A stretch of 64,000 nucleotides of DNA from Candidatus Babelota bacterium (GCA_013287265.1 JABDEC010000004.1:1403-65402); one strand, 5' to 3'. Positions 52,771 to 62,673 are shown, numbered from the stretch's first letter. The notes: generated from the sequence alone by a model not told the origin. Program-made: numbers and translations.

Positions 52771-53455
52771 AGTTAGTAGAAATCAGATTGCAAGTATGGT
52801 TATTCAGGGCAATGTTAAAGTTGATGATAAAACAATCACAAAACCTGGGTTTCAGGTTACTGATGAATCAAAAATTGATTTTAAATTTGAAGAGCCAAAA
52901 TTTGTAAGCAGAGCCGGATTTAAATTAGAAAAAGCGTTAGGTTATTTTAAAATTGATGTCAAAAATCTAGTAGCTTTGGATGCAGGAATTTCTACCGGCG
53001 GTTTTACAGATTGCCTTTTGCAATCTGGCGCAAAAAAAGTTTATGGCGTTGATGTTGGTTATGGTCAAGTACATGAAAAATTGAGAAAAGATAATCGTGT
53101 TGAAATAATCGAACGTACCAATCTTCGTGAATTAAAAGAGTTGCCTGAAAAAGTTGATTTAGTAACTTTGGATTTATCTTTTATTTCTGTTTTAAAAGTT
53201 ATGGACGCTGTTGTTCACTTAATGAAAGATACTGCTCAATTAATTGTTTTAATAAAGCCGCAATTTGAAGCAAAAAAAGAACAGGTTGGTAAGGGCGGTT
53301 TGATCAAGGATTCCAAAATTCATGAAGAAGTTATTAATAATGTTACGCAGGGTATAAAAAAATCAGGCTTTGAATTAATTGGTGTTATTGAATCGCCCAT
53401 TTTAGGTTCAACCGGCAACAAAGAATTTTTGGCTTATTTTCAAAAAATAAAATAA
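52721..53455 (+). CDS. tlyA: TlyA family rRNA methyltransferase
   Basis: S4 domain KKRLD, FVSRAGFKL, LDAGISTGGFTDCLLQ, DVGYGQ, LIKPQFE, GNKEF. Confidence 0.93.
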   Translation: MKIKKRLDQKLQELLPEVSRNQIASMVIQGNVKVDDKTITKPGFQVTDESKIDFKFEEPKFVSRAGFKLEKALGYFKIDVKNLVALDAGISTGGFTDCLLQSGAKKVYGVDVGYGQVHEKLRKDNRVEIIERTNLRELKELPEKVDLVTLDLSFISVLKVMDAVVHLMKDTAQLIVLIKPQFEAKKEQVGKGGLIKDSKIHEEVINNVTQGIKKSGFELIGVIESPILGSTGNKEFLAYFQKIK

Positions 53456-53494
53456 TTTCATAATCATCCGGAAATGTATTATTCTAAAATTAAT

Positions 53495-53568
53495 GCGCCT
53501 GTAGCTCAACTGGATAGAGCGCCAGACTTCGAATCTGAGGGTTGCAGGTTCGAGTCCTGCCAGGCGCA
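53495..53568 (+). tRNA. tRNA-Arg(TCG)
   Basis: GCGCCTGTAGCTCAACTGGATAGAGCGCCAGAC-TTCGAA-TCTGAGGGTTGCAGGTTCGAGTCCTGCCAGGCGCA; no encoded CCA. Confidence 0.93.
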
Positions 53569-53578
53569 TATTTTATTT

Positions 53579-53652
53579 GCGCCCGTAGCTCAGAAGGATA
53601 GAGCGATAGATTCCTAATCTGTAGGTCGTTGGTTCGATTCCAATCGGGCGCA
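53579..53652 (+). tRNA. tRNA-Arg(CCT)
   Basis: GCGCCCGTAGCTCAGAAGGATAGAGCGATAGA-TTCCTAA-TCTGTAGGTCGTTGGTTCGATTCCAATCGGGCGCA; no encoded CCA. Confidence 0.93.
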
Positions 53653-53837
53653 ATAGATAAAAAATATCTACTTGAAATTAAAATTTAGGATTTTTAAATT
53701 TGTAATTCTAATAATATTTAATAAAAGTCTTTCAAAATTCTTTTTTGTCTTTTTGCTTTCTTTTTGATAATATGAATCTATATTCTCTCATTATAAAAAA
53801 AATTCGTTTTGAAAATATACATTTAGGAGTTTTAACT

Positions 53838-55586
53838 ATGAATAAAATAAGATATTCATTGTTAATGGCAACATTAATTTTATCATCAAATATTCAATAT
53901 TCATTTGCTGCTGATACTGGTGAAGCTAAAATTGATTCAGAAAAAAAAGTTAATCTCGAAAAAGACAAGAAAAATCAAGGTGATACTACTGGTGTACCTA
54001 GAAGTTCTGAAGCGACAGATGCAGATAAAAAAGATAACGGTGAAGCTGATTCAAAAAGAAAAACAGATACTGCTAGCACTGGTAAGCAAACGCAAGCAGA
54101 AAGTTCAATTACTTCAAAATTAAAAAATTTGTGGGCAAAAGGTTTAGGTGGAAAAATTGTTGCAGGTACGATAATTGGTATTCCCTTAGTTGGAATTCCA
54201 GCGCTTATGTACGAAATTCCTTCATTTGTGAGAGAGCTTAATAATAGCGGCTATAAATTAAAGCATGTATCTGCTGCTGTATGTGGCGGAGTTGCTTTAA
54301 GCAATATAATTTATCAAATAAAATATAGAATTTATGATTTAGGTGCAAAAAAAGATTTAATTGAGAAAATTAAAAAAGCATTAAAAGATAAAAATAAATT
54401 TTGTAATTGGAGAAATGGAAATGCACTAAGGGGTTGGAATGGAAGATATGGAGAAGAAGTCTTAAATGCAGCACAAAATTATAAATTAAAAAATGAAGGT
54501 GTGCTATTAAAAGCATTAAAACAAGATATTTTACAAGAAGATAAACAAACTTCAATTGGCGCCGGTTCAAGATTATTTCTTTGCACCGCGGTTGAAGCGC
54601 AATGGAAAAAAGAAACGCTTGCAGCCATTCTTAAAGATTTAAGAGATGAAAAAGCAAATTTATTTAAACTCAAAAATGATTTATTAAATCATTATAAAAA
54701 TTTAGAACCAATTCTTTTGGAAGTTGCTGAAAAATATAGAACATTTTATATGGCTGCTTATTTTAAAGATGAGGCCGAATATAGAGTAGATAGACTGGGA
54801 AGTGATAAAACTAATTTCACTAAAATGAATCTTGAAGCTTTAGATATTTTTGGGGATAAGCATGTTAATGGAAAAATAGATGGTCTTTTAACTTTCCGTA
54901 GTTTAAGAAAAGATTATAATAATGAAGCTACAAAAGACGAATCAGTAAAAATTGATGGTATTGTTGATCACTTTCTTTATGCTTTAAGTAAATTCAAATC
55001 ATTTGCTGTATGCGTAGCAACTGCTTATAATTTTGGCACTTTATTAGACTTACAAGATGATTACAAAGAAGTTTATAATGAAGCAGTTGGTTCATATTTT
55101 GATCTCGCTTTTGCTTATGCGAGATTAAATGCTATTGAAAAAATTATAAAAGATGAGCTAACTCCGCTTGAAATAAGAGATGCTGCAAGCGGAAGAAAAA
55201 AAGATGCCGAACAAATTGAATCTATAATGGTTAAAGAGTTTGATGCAATAATTCTAAAGACTGACATAATGATCAAATGGGTAAATGATACCCTATCGCT
55301 ACCAAATCGTAATGATGCATTTGAATTATCTGAGTTAGTTGAACTTTTTGTGAGGCTATATAAAAATGGTTATGTTGGTTGGAATACCACCCAAAGCAAA
55401 GCTTTAGATGCAATAAATAGTATTGCTGCAGATATTCACTCTGTAGTTACAGGGCGCAATGACGATTCTGTTGGTCATATGATGGGTGGTATGGGATCAA
55501 GTGGTAAGAGAATTATGGAAAAACTTATTATATTACGTGATGAGGCAAATTTATTAAAAAAAGCTTTATTGAAAAAAATAAAATAA
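53838..55586 (+). CDS. Large secreted or membrane-associated helical hypothetical protein
   Basis: AGGAG RBS before ATG 53838; signal peptide, charged disordered N-region, hydrophobic segment, helical body. Confidence 0.7.
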   Translation: MNKIRYSLLMATLILSSNIQYSFAADTGEAKIDSEKKVNLEKDKKNQGDTTGVPRSSEATDADKKDNGEADSKRKTDTASTGKQTQAESSITSKLKNLWAKGLGGKIVAGTIIGIPLVGIPALMYEIPSFVRELNNSGYKLKHVSAAVCGGVALSNIIYQIKYRIYDLGAKKDLIEKIKKALKDKNKFCNWRNGNALRGWNGRYGEEVLNAAQNYKLKNEGVLLKALKQDILQEDKQTSIGAGSRLFLCTAVEAQWKKETLAAILKDLRDEKANLFKLKNDLLNHYKNLEPILLEVAEKYRTFYMAAYFKDEAEYRVDRLGSDKTNFTKMNLEALDIFGDKHVNGKIDGLLTFRSLRKDYNNEATKDESVKIDGIVDHFLYALSKFKSFAVCVATAYNFGTLLDLQDDYKEVYNEAVGSYFDLAFAYARLNAIEKIIKDELTPLEIRDAASGRKKDAEQIESIMVKEFDAIILKTDIMIKWVNDTLSLPNRNDAFELSELVELFVRLYKNGYVGWNTTQSKALDAINSIAADIHSVVTGRNDDSVGHMMGGMGSSGKRIMEKLIILRDEANLLKKALLKKIK

Positions 55587-55594
55587 TATTTAAC

Positions 55595-55625
55595 AACCTG
55601 GTGGCATTTACCGCCAGGTTTTTTT
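55595..55625 (+). terminator. Rho-independent terminator
   Basis: AACCTGGTGG-CATTTA-CCGCCAGGTT followed by a T run. Confidence 0.8.
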
Positions 55626-55628
55626 ATT

Positions 55629-56267
55629 ATGTTTAAATATATTTTTAAAAATAATTTACTTTTTAAAGATGGCAAATACATAGCCTTAACCTTAATTTTT
55701 TTTACTATATTTTCATTTTTATTTTTCAAATTTCTTCTTTTTTTTGTAATCCCATTTTTTTTATTTTCAATTTATTTTTTTAGAAACCCTCAAAGGGAAT
55801 GTCCCGAAAAAAATTTATCAATAATTATTTCTCCAGCTGATGGTAAAATTGTTGAAATTTCTCGGGGAAATTTTGAAAATTATTCGCAAAAAGTTTCTAT
55901 TTTCTTATCACCTCTTGATGTTCATGTTAATTGGATTCCAATTGATGGTATAATTAACGAAATTAATTATCGACCGGGCAAGTTTGCAGTTGCATTTGCA
56001 CCAAAAAGTTCAGAAATTAATGAAAGAAATGATATAATTATTCAAAGTAAATATGGTACAATTTTAGTAAGACAAATTGCAGGATTTGTTGCCAGAAGAA
56101 TTTGTTGTTGGGTAAAAAAAAGAGAAAGTGTAAAAGCGGGACAGAAATTCGGTATGATTAGATTTGGTTCAAGAGTTGACCTCTTGTTGCCAGCTAATAT
56201 TAAAATTTCTGTTAAACTGGGTGAACGTGTCAAGGGTGGAGAAACTATTTTAGGGAGATGGATATGA
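55629..56267 (+). CDS. psd: Phosphatidylserine decarboxylase proenzyme
   Basis: FFRNP, SPADG, SIFLSPLDVHVN, RQIAGFVARRI, GMIRFGSRVD. Confidence 0.93.
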   Translation: MFKYIFKNNLLFKDGKYIALTLIFFTIFSFLFFKFLLFFVIPFFLFSIYFFRNPQRECPEKNLSIIISPADGKIVEISRGNFENYSQKVSIFLSPLDVHVNWIPIDGIINEINYRPGKFAVAFAPKSSEINERNDIIIQSKYGTILVRQIAGFVARRICCWVKKRESVKAGQKFGMIRFGSRVDLLLPANIKISVKLGERVKGGETILGRWI

Positions 56268-57040
56268 CAATACTTGCAAAAGTTGCTCACATAAAACCAA
56301 TTATAAAAAAAAATAAACAACGTTCTTTAACTTTAATTCCATATTTTTTTACATTTGCAAATGCAATTTTAGGATTGCTTGCGGTTTTTAAAGCGCTTGA
56401 TTGCGAATATATTGCTGCTGCATATTGCATTTTATTAGCTGCTTTTTTTGATGTTTTAGACGGACGTGTTGCGCGCGCACTAGGCACATCTTCTATTTTA
56501 GGAATGGAACTGGATTCATTAAGCGATGCTATTTCATTTTGCGTTGCGCCTGTAGTTTTGCTTTATAGTTATGAAGTTCAGGATTTTGGAACTCTCGGAT
56601 TTATTGTTTTAGCAATTTATTTGTGTTCAGGAATTTTCAGGCTGGCAAAATTTAATATAAATTCTGCAAATCAGAATAATTTTTTTTCCGGTCTGCCTAC
56701 TCCTGTTGCTGCATTTTTTCTAACAACTTTAGTTTTGTATCATGATTGGTTACAAGTTAGTCCTGCAAAATTTTTATTATATAAATATGTTCTTTTTGCT
56801 TTGCTTATTTTTATTTCATTTTTAATGATTTCCAAAATCAAATTTCCCGCATTTAAACAAAATAAGTTACGTAAATCTTTTTATATTCTATTTGCTTGTT
56901 TATTTGTTTCTTTTTTTATTTTTCGTGATTATCCCTTGTTAATGTTCTTGGTACTTTTATATATTTTATCGGGTTGTTCTCATGGTTGTTACTTGGGAGC
57001 AAAGAGATTGAAGTGTAAAATTAGAAATAATTTTAATTAA
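56258..57040 (+). CDS. pssA: CDP-diacylglycerol--serine O-phosphatidyltransferase
   Basis: DVLDGRVAR...GMELDSLSDAISF (CDP-alcohol phosphatidyltransferase motif), FRLAKFN, FSGLPTP; adjacent to psd. Confidence 0.92.
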   Translation: MDMTILAKVAHIKPIIKKNKQRSLTLIPYFFTFANAILGLLAVFKALDCEYIAAAYCILLAAFFDVLDGRVARALGTSSILGMELDSLSDAISFCVAPVVLLYSYEVQDFGTLGFIVLAIYLCSGIFRLAKFNINSANQNNFFSGLPTPVAAFFLTTLVLYHDWLQVSPAKFLLYKYVLFALLIFISFLMISKIKFPAFKQNKLRKSFYILFACLFVSFFIFRDYPLLMFLVLLYILSGCSHGCYLGAKRLKCKIRNNFN

Positions 57041-57093
57041 TTTTTTTTCATAAATAATATTTCAATTTCTTTAATTTATTCTAAATTTTTTTA

Positions 57094-57506
57094 TGCACTA
57101 CTCGTGCAGAGGAGGCCTATGCGGCCAGCAACAAAGTGGCCTGGAATTAGGGTCCCTTTGTAAACCCCAATTCCAAAGGAACACCTTTGGAATCCCTACG
57201 CGAAAAATGCTTCAATTCGCCTGTTAATTATTAATTTTTTTAAATGATGTCGGCTCATTTCCAGTTTCGCTAATTCGATTTTTATTTTAATTAAAGTTAA
57301 GTACATTCGCGCTCTTAATTTTGTGTTTGAGCCGAATGGTGATAGAAAAGAAAATATTAAATTTAATAATGATTGCTTGCAAAAAAATTGAAAGAAGGCT
57401 CGTGGCCAAAATTCGAGCGCAAGGGTTCCAAGGGCGTAGCCATTGGTATTGGGGGATTGACAAGGGGTTATAATACCAAACCCCTTGTCCGCTGTCTGCG
57501 TAGGAC
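57094..57506. other. Unassigned structured non-coding element with homologous inverted arms
   Basis: GC-enriched arms 57116-57202 and 57414-57504 are imperfect reverse complements, each with internal hairpins. Confidence 0.55.
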
Positions 57507-57556
57507 AAAAATAAATATTTTAATAAAAAAATTAATTTTAAGAATAAACTAGAAAT

Positions 57557-58750
57557 TTAATTGTGCGGCTTCCAATCCCAACAACTTTTTAATTTTAAAA
57601 TCTTAAAATTTGTTATAACTTCAATGACATTTTGTTTTATGTTCAATCTTTCAATTGGTTTTTTTTGAAAGAAATTTTGCCTTAATATTTTAAAATCTTT
57701 GATATTTTTAAATAATTTTTTTAATTCAATTTCCTGAACTTTTCCATAACCGTGAGAATAATCGCGTGCTTCAATGCATTTATTATTTGCAACATCAGTA
57801 ATTGCTATGATATGACCAGGAATCCAAATTAAATCTCCATTTTCTATTTCCTCATCAATTTCCAAAGACTTTAAATTCTGCGAAATTGTTGTTGTGTTTT
57901 TAAAGTAAAATGGGATTGAACATATTTGTGCAGCGCGAAGTATAAGACCTGAGCAGTCAAAACCCGTTTTAGGATTAAAATTGAAATTAGGATATGAAAA
58001 AAATTGCGTCTTAAATTCTTTAAATTTTTTTTCTATGATTTCAAACATTTCATCTTGCGATGTTGAAATCAGGCTTGTACCTCCCCAAACATATGGAATA
58101 AATCCTTTTTTTAAATTTGCCCATTTTTTTAATAATTTTACAAATCTTGAAATTTGCAAATCTTTATTTAAATTTTCATTGCTTAAACAAAATTTTTTAG
58201 GAATTTCTAAAATTTTAAAATCTTTTGAATCATTATTAAACGCATAAACATTATATTTTTCATCTTTTAAATCAAAATAAACAAATCTTGTTCCTGCAGA
58301 ATATTTATCTTCTGTTTGTTGATCAATAAATGGAGAAATTAAAGTTACAATTTTTTGTTCTTTTTTATTTTCAGTTTTAAAATCAACTGGATTTGGTATT
58401 TTTTCGGTAAAATAGTCATTTAATAAAAATAGATTTTCTTTTGCTGTCCAAAATGTATTAATATATTTTTTTCCTGATTGGTAAAATAATTGTGAAAGTT
58501 CTACAAGAAAGAGATTTTCACTTTTTTTTATAATTTTTACAACGTCATTAAACAGCAATTGATGTATTCTGGGGCATGAATTTAAATCTGTTTTGATTTT
58601 GGGGCTCAAAGAAATGTCATTTAATAAACAATATTCTTTAATTTCTTTTGAAAATAAATCAATAACAGGTTTCATAACTAATGCTAAATTTTTTTCTTCA
58701 CCTTTTATGAAATTGCACAAAAATAATATAAAAAAAATATTTTTTATCAT
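57557..58750 (-). CDS. Secreted NlpC/P60 family peptidoglycan hydrolase
   Basis: PYVWGG...GFDCSGL...GDLIWIPGHI. Confidence 0.85.
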   Translation of the reverse strand: MIKNIFFILFLCNFIKGEEKNLALVMKPVIDLFSKEIKEYCLLNDISLSPKIKTDLNSCPRIHQLLFNDVVKIIKKSENLFLVELSQLFYQSGKKYINTFWTAKENLFLLNDYFTEKIPNPVDFKTENKKEQKIVTLISPFIDQQTEDKYSAGTRFVYFDLKDEKYNVYAFNNDSKDFKILEIPKKFCLSNENLNKDLQISRFVKLLKKWANLKKGFIPYVWGGTSLISTSQDEMFEIIEKKFKEFKTQFFSYPNFNFNPKTGFDCSGLILRAAQICSIPFYFKNTTTISQNLKSLEIDEEIENGDLIWIPGHIIAITDVANNKCIEARDYSHGYGKVQEIELKKLFKNIKDFKILRQNFFQKKPIERLNIKQNVIEVITNFKILKLKSCWDWKPHN

Positions 58751-58944
58751 TGATTTCTATATTTAGAAATAGAAACAATAAATTTCATTCACAAGTATAG
58801 CCAAATAATTTACAGTTAATTAATATTTTTTTATTTTTATTAAAAATTTGCTTTATTAAATATGTGAAATTATTGTTTTTAAACATTAAAATTGAGTATT
58901 TTATGAATATAAAATTGCGGGGAAGATAATAAAAAGGGACAGTA

Positions 58945-59970
58945 ATGAAATATCTTATTTTCAATATAAATATATTTTTTTTTACATTTTTTAATATTAC
59001 TGCGTTACAGCAAGAATGGACCTGCACTTTTAAAAAAAAATTTAAAGATGATGATACAAAAGAATTTTTAAATAAAAAAGAAATTTCATTTTCAAAAAAC
59101 GGTATTGAACAATTTAATCAGTTAATATTTTGTTGGAATATAATTAGGCCAAAAACCGGTTATTTTACTTTTTATGTGAAACCAAGATACGCTAGTTCTT
59201 CGAAATATGGCGAATGGTACAAAATGGCTGATTGGGGAAATAATATTCAACGATCACATTGTACGATGCAAACGGGAAATACCTCTTTTGTTTATGTCAG
59301 ATTGGAAATGCCTATGGAAAAATTGGCAGATGGTTTCATTTTAAAAGTTGTTTCTAATGACAACGCTGATTTTTCTCTAATAAAAATGTTAGGTGTTTGT
59401 GTATCGAATTTTGCAAAATTTAAAAATGAAAATCCAAAAGATTATTTTAACCTACCTTCCATTAAAATAAATGAGGTACCTCAAAAATCACAAATGATTT
59501 TAAAGGATCAAGATTGCAAAAGTATGTGTTCACCAACGTCTACATCGATGTTAGTTAGTTATCTAACCAAAAAAGAACATGATCCATTATCTTTTGCGTT
59601 CAATGTTTATGATAATGGATTGGGTGCTTATGGAAGTTGGCCTTTTAATACGGCACATGCATTTGAGATGTGCCCTGATTATTATTTTATTGTTACAAGA
59701 TTAAAGAATTTTGCTTATTTACATTCTAATTTAATGCGTGGCTTGCCAGTAGTGGTAAGCGTTAGAGGTAAGTTGGATACTGCACCGCAGGAATACAATA
59801 AAGGTCATTTAATTCTTATAATTGGATGGGATCAAATTAAAAAAGAAGTTTTGTGTCATGACCCGGCATTTGATACAAATGAAAAAGTTTTTCACCAATA
59901 CAATCTTTCAACTTTTTTGAAGGCATGGGAAAAATCCAACCGCTTATCTTACGTTGTTGAAAAAAGTTGA
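58945..59970 (+). CDS. Secreted C39-like (papain-fold) peptidase
   Basis: SQM...CSPTSTSM, YGSWPFN, GHLILIIG, CHDPA. Confidence 0.8.
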   Translation: MKYLIFNINIFFFTFFNITALQQEWTCTFKKKFKDDDTKEFLNKKEISFSKNGIEQFNQLIFCWNIIRPKTGYFTFYVKPRYASSSKYGEWYKMADWGNNIQRSHCTMQTGNTSFVYVRLEMPMEKLADGFILKVVSNDNADFSLIKMLGVCVSNFAKFKNENPKDYFNLPSIKINEVPQKSQMILKDQDCKSMCSPTSTSMLVSYLTKKEHDPLSFAFNVYDNGLGAYGSWPFNTAHAFEMCPDYYFIVTRLKNFAYLHSNLMRGLPVVVSVRGKLDTAPQEYNKGHLILIIGWDQIKKEVLCHDPAFDTNEKVFHQYNLSTFLKAWEKSNRLSYVVEKS

Positions 59971-60016
59971 AAACTAATTTTTCTTTAGATATTATTTATG
60001 GACATCTTTTATAAAA

Positions 60017-60610
60017 ATGAAATTCTTAATTGCTTTGATTATTTTTTTTCTAAATAATCCAAATTGTATAAATTTAATTTATTTAATAAAACTAAGGGCA
60101 CATCAGGTGAAAAATTATATTAATTCAAGATTTGTTTTCATATTTATTTCAGTTTTGGCATTTAATGAAATTAATTGCAATGAAATGAAAACCATTAAAA
60201 AAATTGCTATAGATTTGTCTAGAAATATTGCGATTGGACTTTCTCTTGGGGATAAAATATTTGTAAAAAGATATTCTGAATGTAAAATGCAAACAGTTAA
60301 GTCCGGAAATTTTGAAATTATGTTGCTTGAAAAATTTGCGAGGAATAAAAATAATTATCTAAAATTTTATAAATCTCCTTTATATAAAAAACTGCAAATG
60401 ATTGATGAATTAGTTCAGGAATTGAGTAAAGCTATAAATGGAAAAAGAATGTATGAAGTTCGGGATCTTTTTTGGAATAGTTTTTATCGCGAAATAAAAA
60501 ATATTGTCAGACAAGCTAGGCGGTTAAAAGAAGATGAAGATAAGAGAAAATTTAAAAAACAGCCCATTATGCAAGAAAGTTTTTCTTATTTTGCGAAGCC
60601 CTTATTTTAA
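60017..60610 (+). CDS. Hypothetical basic protein, possibly secreted
   Basis: ORF of up to 197 aa; the start may be GTG 60107. Confidence 0.5.
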   Translation: MKFLIALIIFFLNNPNCINLIYLIKLRAHQVKNYINSRFVFIFISVLAFNEINCNEMKTIKKIAIDLSRNIAIGLSLGDKIFVKRYSECKMQTVKSGNFEIMLLEKFARNKNNYLKFYKSPLYKKLQMIDELVQELSKAINGKRMYEVRDLFWNSFYREIKNIVRQARRLKEDEDKRKFKKQPIMQESFSYFAKPLF

Positions 60611-60744
60611 AAATAATCCTTTTTTAAAATTTATTTAATTACAAAAACAAAATAATTGACAATTTGATTATAAAATTGATAGTTTTAAGATCATTGCAAA
60701 GTTGTATTCATACTTATTTATAATAGTATGCAGGGGGAAAGGCA

Positions 60745-61824
60745 ATGTATTTTAAATCTCTTTACAAGATTATTATTGTTTTGAATTTGTCATTTAATTT
60801 ATTTTCGCAAAACCCTTTAACTAAAATATTTTTACATTTGGGTAATTGTGAAGATAAGTTTGTCTGTTATTTTAATAAAAATCCGCAAATAAAATTACTT
60901 TCAAAAAAAGATAATAATCAGAAAATTGAATTATTATTCTTTCTTCCAGAAATCATAATTAATGAAGAAGTGGATAATTTAATAAATAAAATAAATTCAA
61001 CAAAAAGCAATTATTATAAGATTTTTATTTTAAAGGAACATGGTGGCTTAAAAATTAAATTTATTTATGATCCGGCGTTTGTTTATAAAATTGAGGTTTC
61101 TGAATTTGATGCAATAAGTTCTTTCAAAGGTATTGTTTTTACTATTTTGCATAAAAAAATTGTTCACGAAAAACCGAATTTGAATTTCTTAAACTTCAAG
61201 CCTAAAATTCTGATTGATATTGGTCATGGTGGGCATGATTGTGGCGCAAAAGGAAGTTGCAATGTTACAGAAAAGGAAATTACTTATTCAATTGGCAAAA
61301 AACTTCAAAAGTTGCTTGAAAAAAATGGATTTAATGTTTTTTTAACAAGAGATAATGATAAATTTGTTGGCTTAGATGAACGCACATATTTTGCTAATTT
61401 TTTACCTGCTGCGATCTTCATTTCACTTCACGCTAACTTTTCTCAAAATAAAAATGCTTCTGGAATTGAGACTTTTTATGCTGATCATTCATTATTAAAT
61501 TCTTATAATTTTGAAGATCAAAAAAAATATTTAATCAGACAAAAAAATAATCTTCTTGATGAAAATAATAAATTAGTTGCAAACATTATTCATCAATCGG
61601 TTTATGAAGAAGCAAAAAAAATTAATCCCGATTTAATTGACAGAAAAGTTAAAAGGTCAGTTTCACAAGTTCTTTTAGGTACCGAAATGACTTCCATTTT
61701 AATTGAGCTTGGTTTTCTTTCAAATTCAAAAGAATGTTTATTGTTGAGTGACCCAAAATATCAGCAATCATTGGCAAATGGCATTTTTAATGGAATAAAG
61801 ATCTATTTTAATCAATTGAATTAA
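60745..61824 (+). CDS. N-acetylmuramoyl-L-alanine amidase (Amidase_3)
   Basis: Signal peptide; IDIGHGGHD, EKE, LTRDND, FISLHAN, ILIELGFLSN. Confidence 0.92.
   Translation: MYFKSLYKIIIVLNLSFNLFSQNPLTKIFLHLGNCEDKFVCYFNKNPQIKLLSKKDNNQKIELLFFLPEIIINEEVDNLINKINSTKSNYYKIFILKEHGGLKIKFIYDPAFVYKIEVSEFDAISSFKGIVFTILHKKIVHEKPNLNFLNFKPKILIDIGHGGHDCGAKGSCNVTEKEITYSIGKKLQKLLEKNGFNVFLTRDNDKFVGLDERTYFANFLPAAIFISLHANFSQNKNASGIETFYADHSLLNSYNFEDQKKYLIRQKNNLLDENNKLVANIIHQSVYEEAKKINPDLIDRKVKRSVSQVLLGTEMTSILIELGFLSNSKECLLLSDPKYQQSLANGIFNGIKIYFNQLN
61277..61320 (+). repeat. 44-bp perfect inverted repeat, left copy (inside the amidase gene)
   Basis: AAATTACTTATTCAATTGGCAAAAAACTTCAAAAGTTGCTTGAA. Confidence 0.95.
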
Positions 61825-61834
61825 ATTTGAATCT

Positions 61835-62006
61835 AAATCAAGACTTGCGCGATGTCCAACAATTTTGTGATCTGTTATCTCCAGGTCGTATTCTCCAATC
61901 CAAACGACGCACTTCAACACTAAGATTTTGATTTAATATTATTTCATTACAATCTTGTGGACAAGCAACTCCTCTTGAATGTACGTAGCCTGGGCGCAAT
62001 TGATTT
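61835..62006. ncRNA. Candidate structured ncRNA (possibly 6S-like)
   Basis: Nested complementary segments AAATCAA/TTGATTT, TTGCGC/GCGCAA, CCAGG/CCTGG, TTCAA/TTGAA and AAGATT/AATCTT in a GC-enriched gap between convergent genes. Confidence 0.4.
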
Positions 62007-62079
62007 CTATCCGGTTTGGTGAATTCAACATATTTTAATTGTTTTCCACTTCCGCTTATACATTCTCTTGCAGTATTTT

Positions 62080-62673
62080 TTAATTACTATCTGCTATTTC
62101 TTTATTAATTTCTTCTAATAACAACCTTGCAGCTTCATGTTTTGGTTCTTTAGTGATTAAATTAATTACAACTTCTCTCGCTCTTTCATAATCTTTAAGT
62201 TTTAAATAAGTTAATCCTAGATAAAAATAGGCGTCAATATATTCACTTGCAATGGCAACAGCATTACTAAAATTTTTTAAAGCATTTGCTAATTTTGTTT
62301 TTGATAATTCAGGAATAAACCCTTTTTCTGATGCTTCATAAAAATCTAAAAGCCCTAAATTAAACCAGGCAACTTCGGGCGATAAATAATTTTTGTCTTT
62401 TGTTAAAATTCTCCAATTTTCTTTTGCTTCTTCTTTTTGTCCTGATGCCAATAATGCGCATGAATAATTATTCATTATATCTGCTTTTATTGTAGCAGGA
62501 GTTTCTTTATCTCTAATAATTTTTTTAAAAAGTGATACACTTTCTTGAAATTCATTTATTTGATAAAATAGCGTGGCTTTTAAAGCATATGCTTGAGGTG
62601 TTGGAGATTCTTGAATTGATTTATCTACGAGTTGTAATGCTTTTTTAAAGTTTTTTTCTTCCGCTTCAAGCAA
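62080..62673 (-). CDS. TPR protein, PilW/PilF-like, lacking a normal N-terminus
   Basis: IMNNYSCAL...G...EA...NYLSPEVAWFNLG, DAYFYLG; only a TTG start, no signal peptide. Confidence 0.7.
   Translation of the reverse strand: MLEAEEKNFKKALQLVDKSIQESPTPQAYALKATLFYQINEFQESVSLFKKIIRDKETPATIKADIMNNYSCALLASGQKEEAKENWRILTKDKNYLSPEVAWFNLGLLDFYEASEKGFIPELSKTKLANALKNFSNAVAIASEYIDAYFYLGLTYLKLKDYERAREVVINLITKEPKHEAARLLLEEINKEIADSN

Noticed and set aside
57457-57474. TTGACA and TATAAT both present
   Set aside because: The spacer is only about 6 bp and both lie within a hairpin, so this is not a sigma70 promoter.
57287-57508. 73-aa minus-strand ORF
   Set aside because: It overlaps the hairpin arm, has no RBS and no recognisable features; probably spurious.
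61838-62083. ~80-codon stop-free minus-strand frame after the TPR gene
   Set aside because: No start codon or RBS near its 5' end; the nested pairing is better explained as RNA structure.
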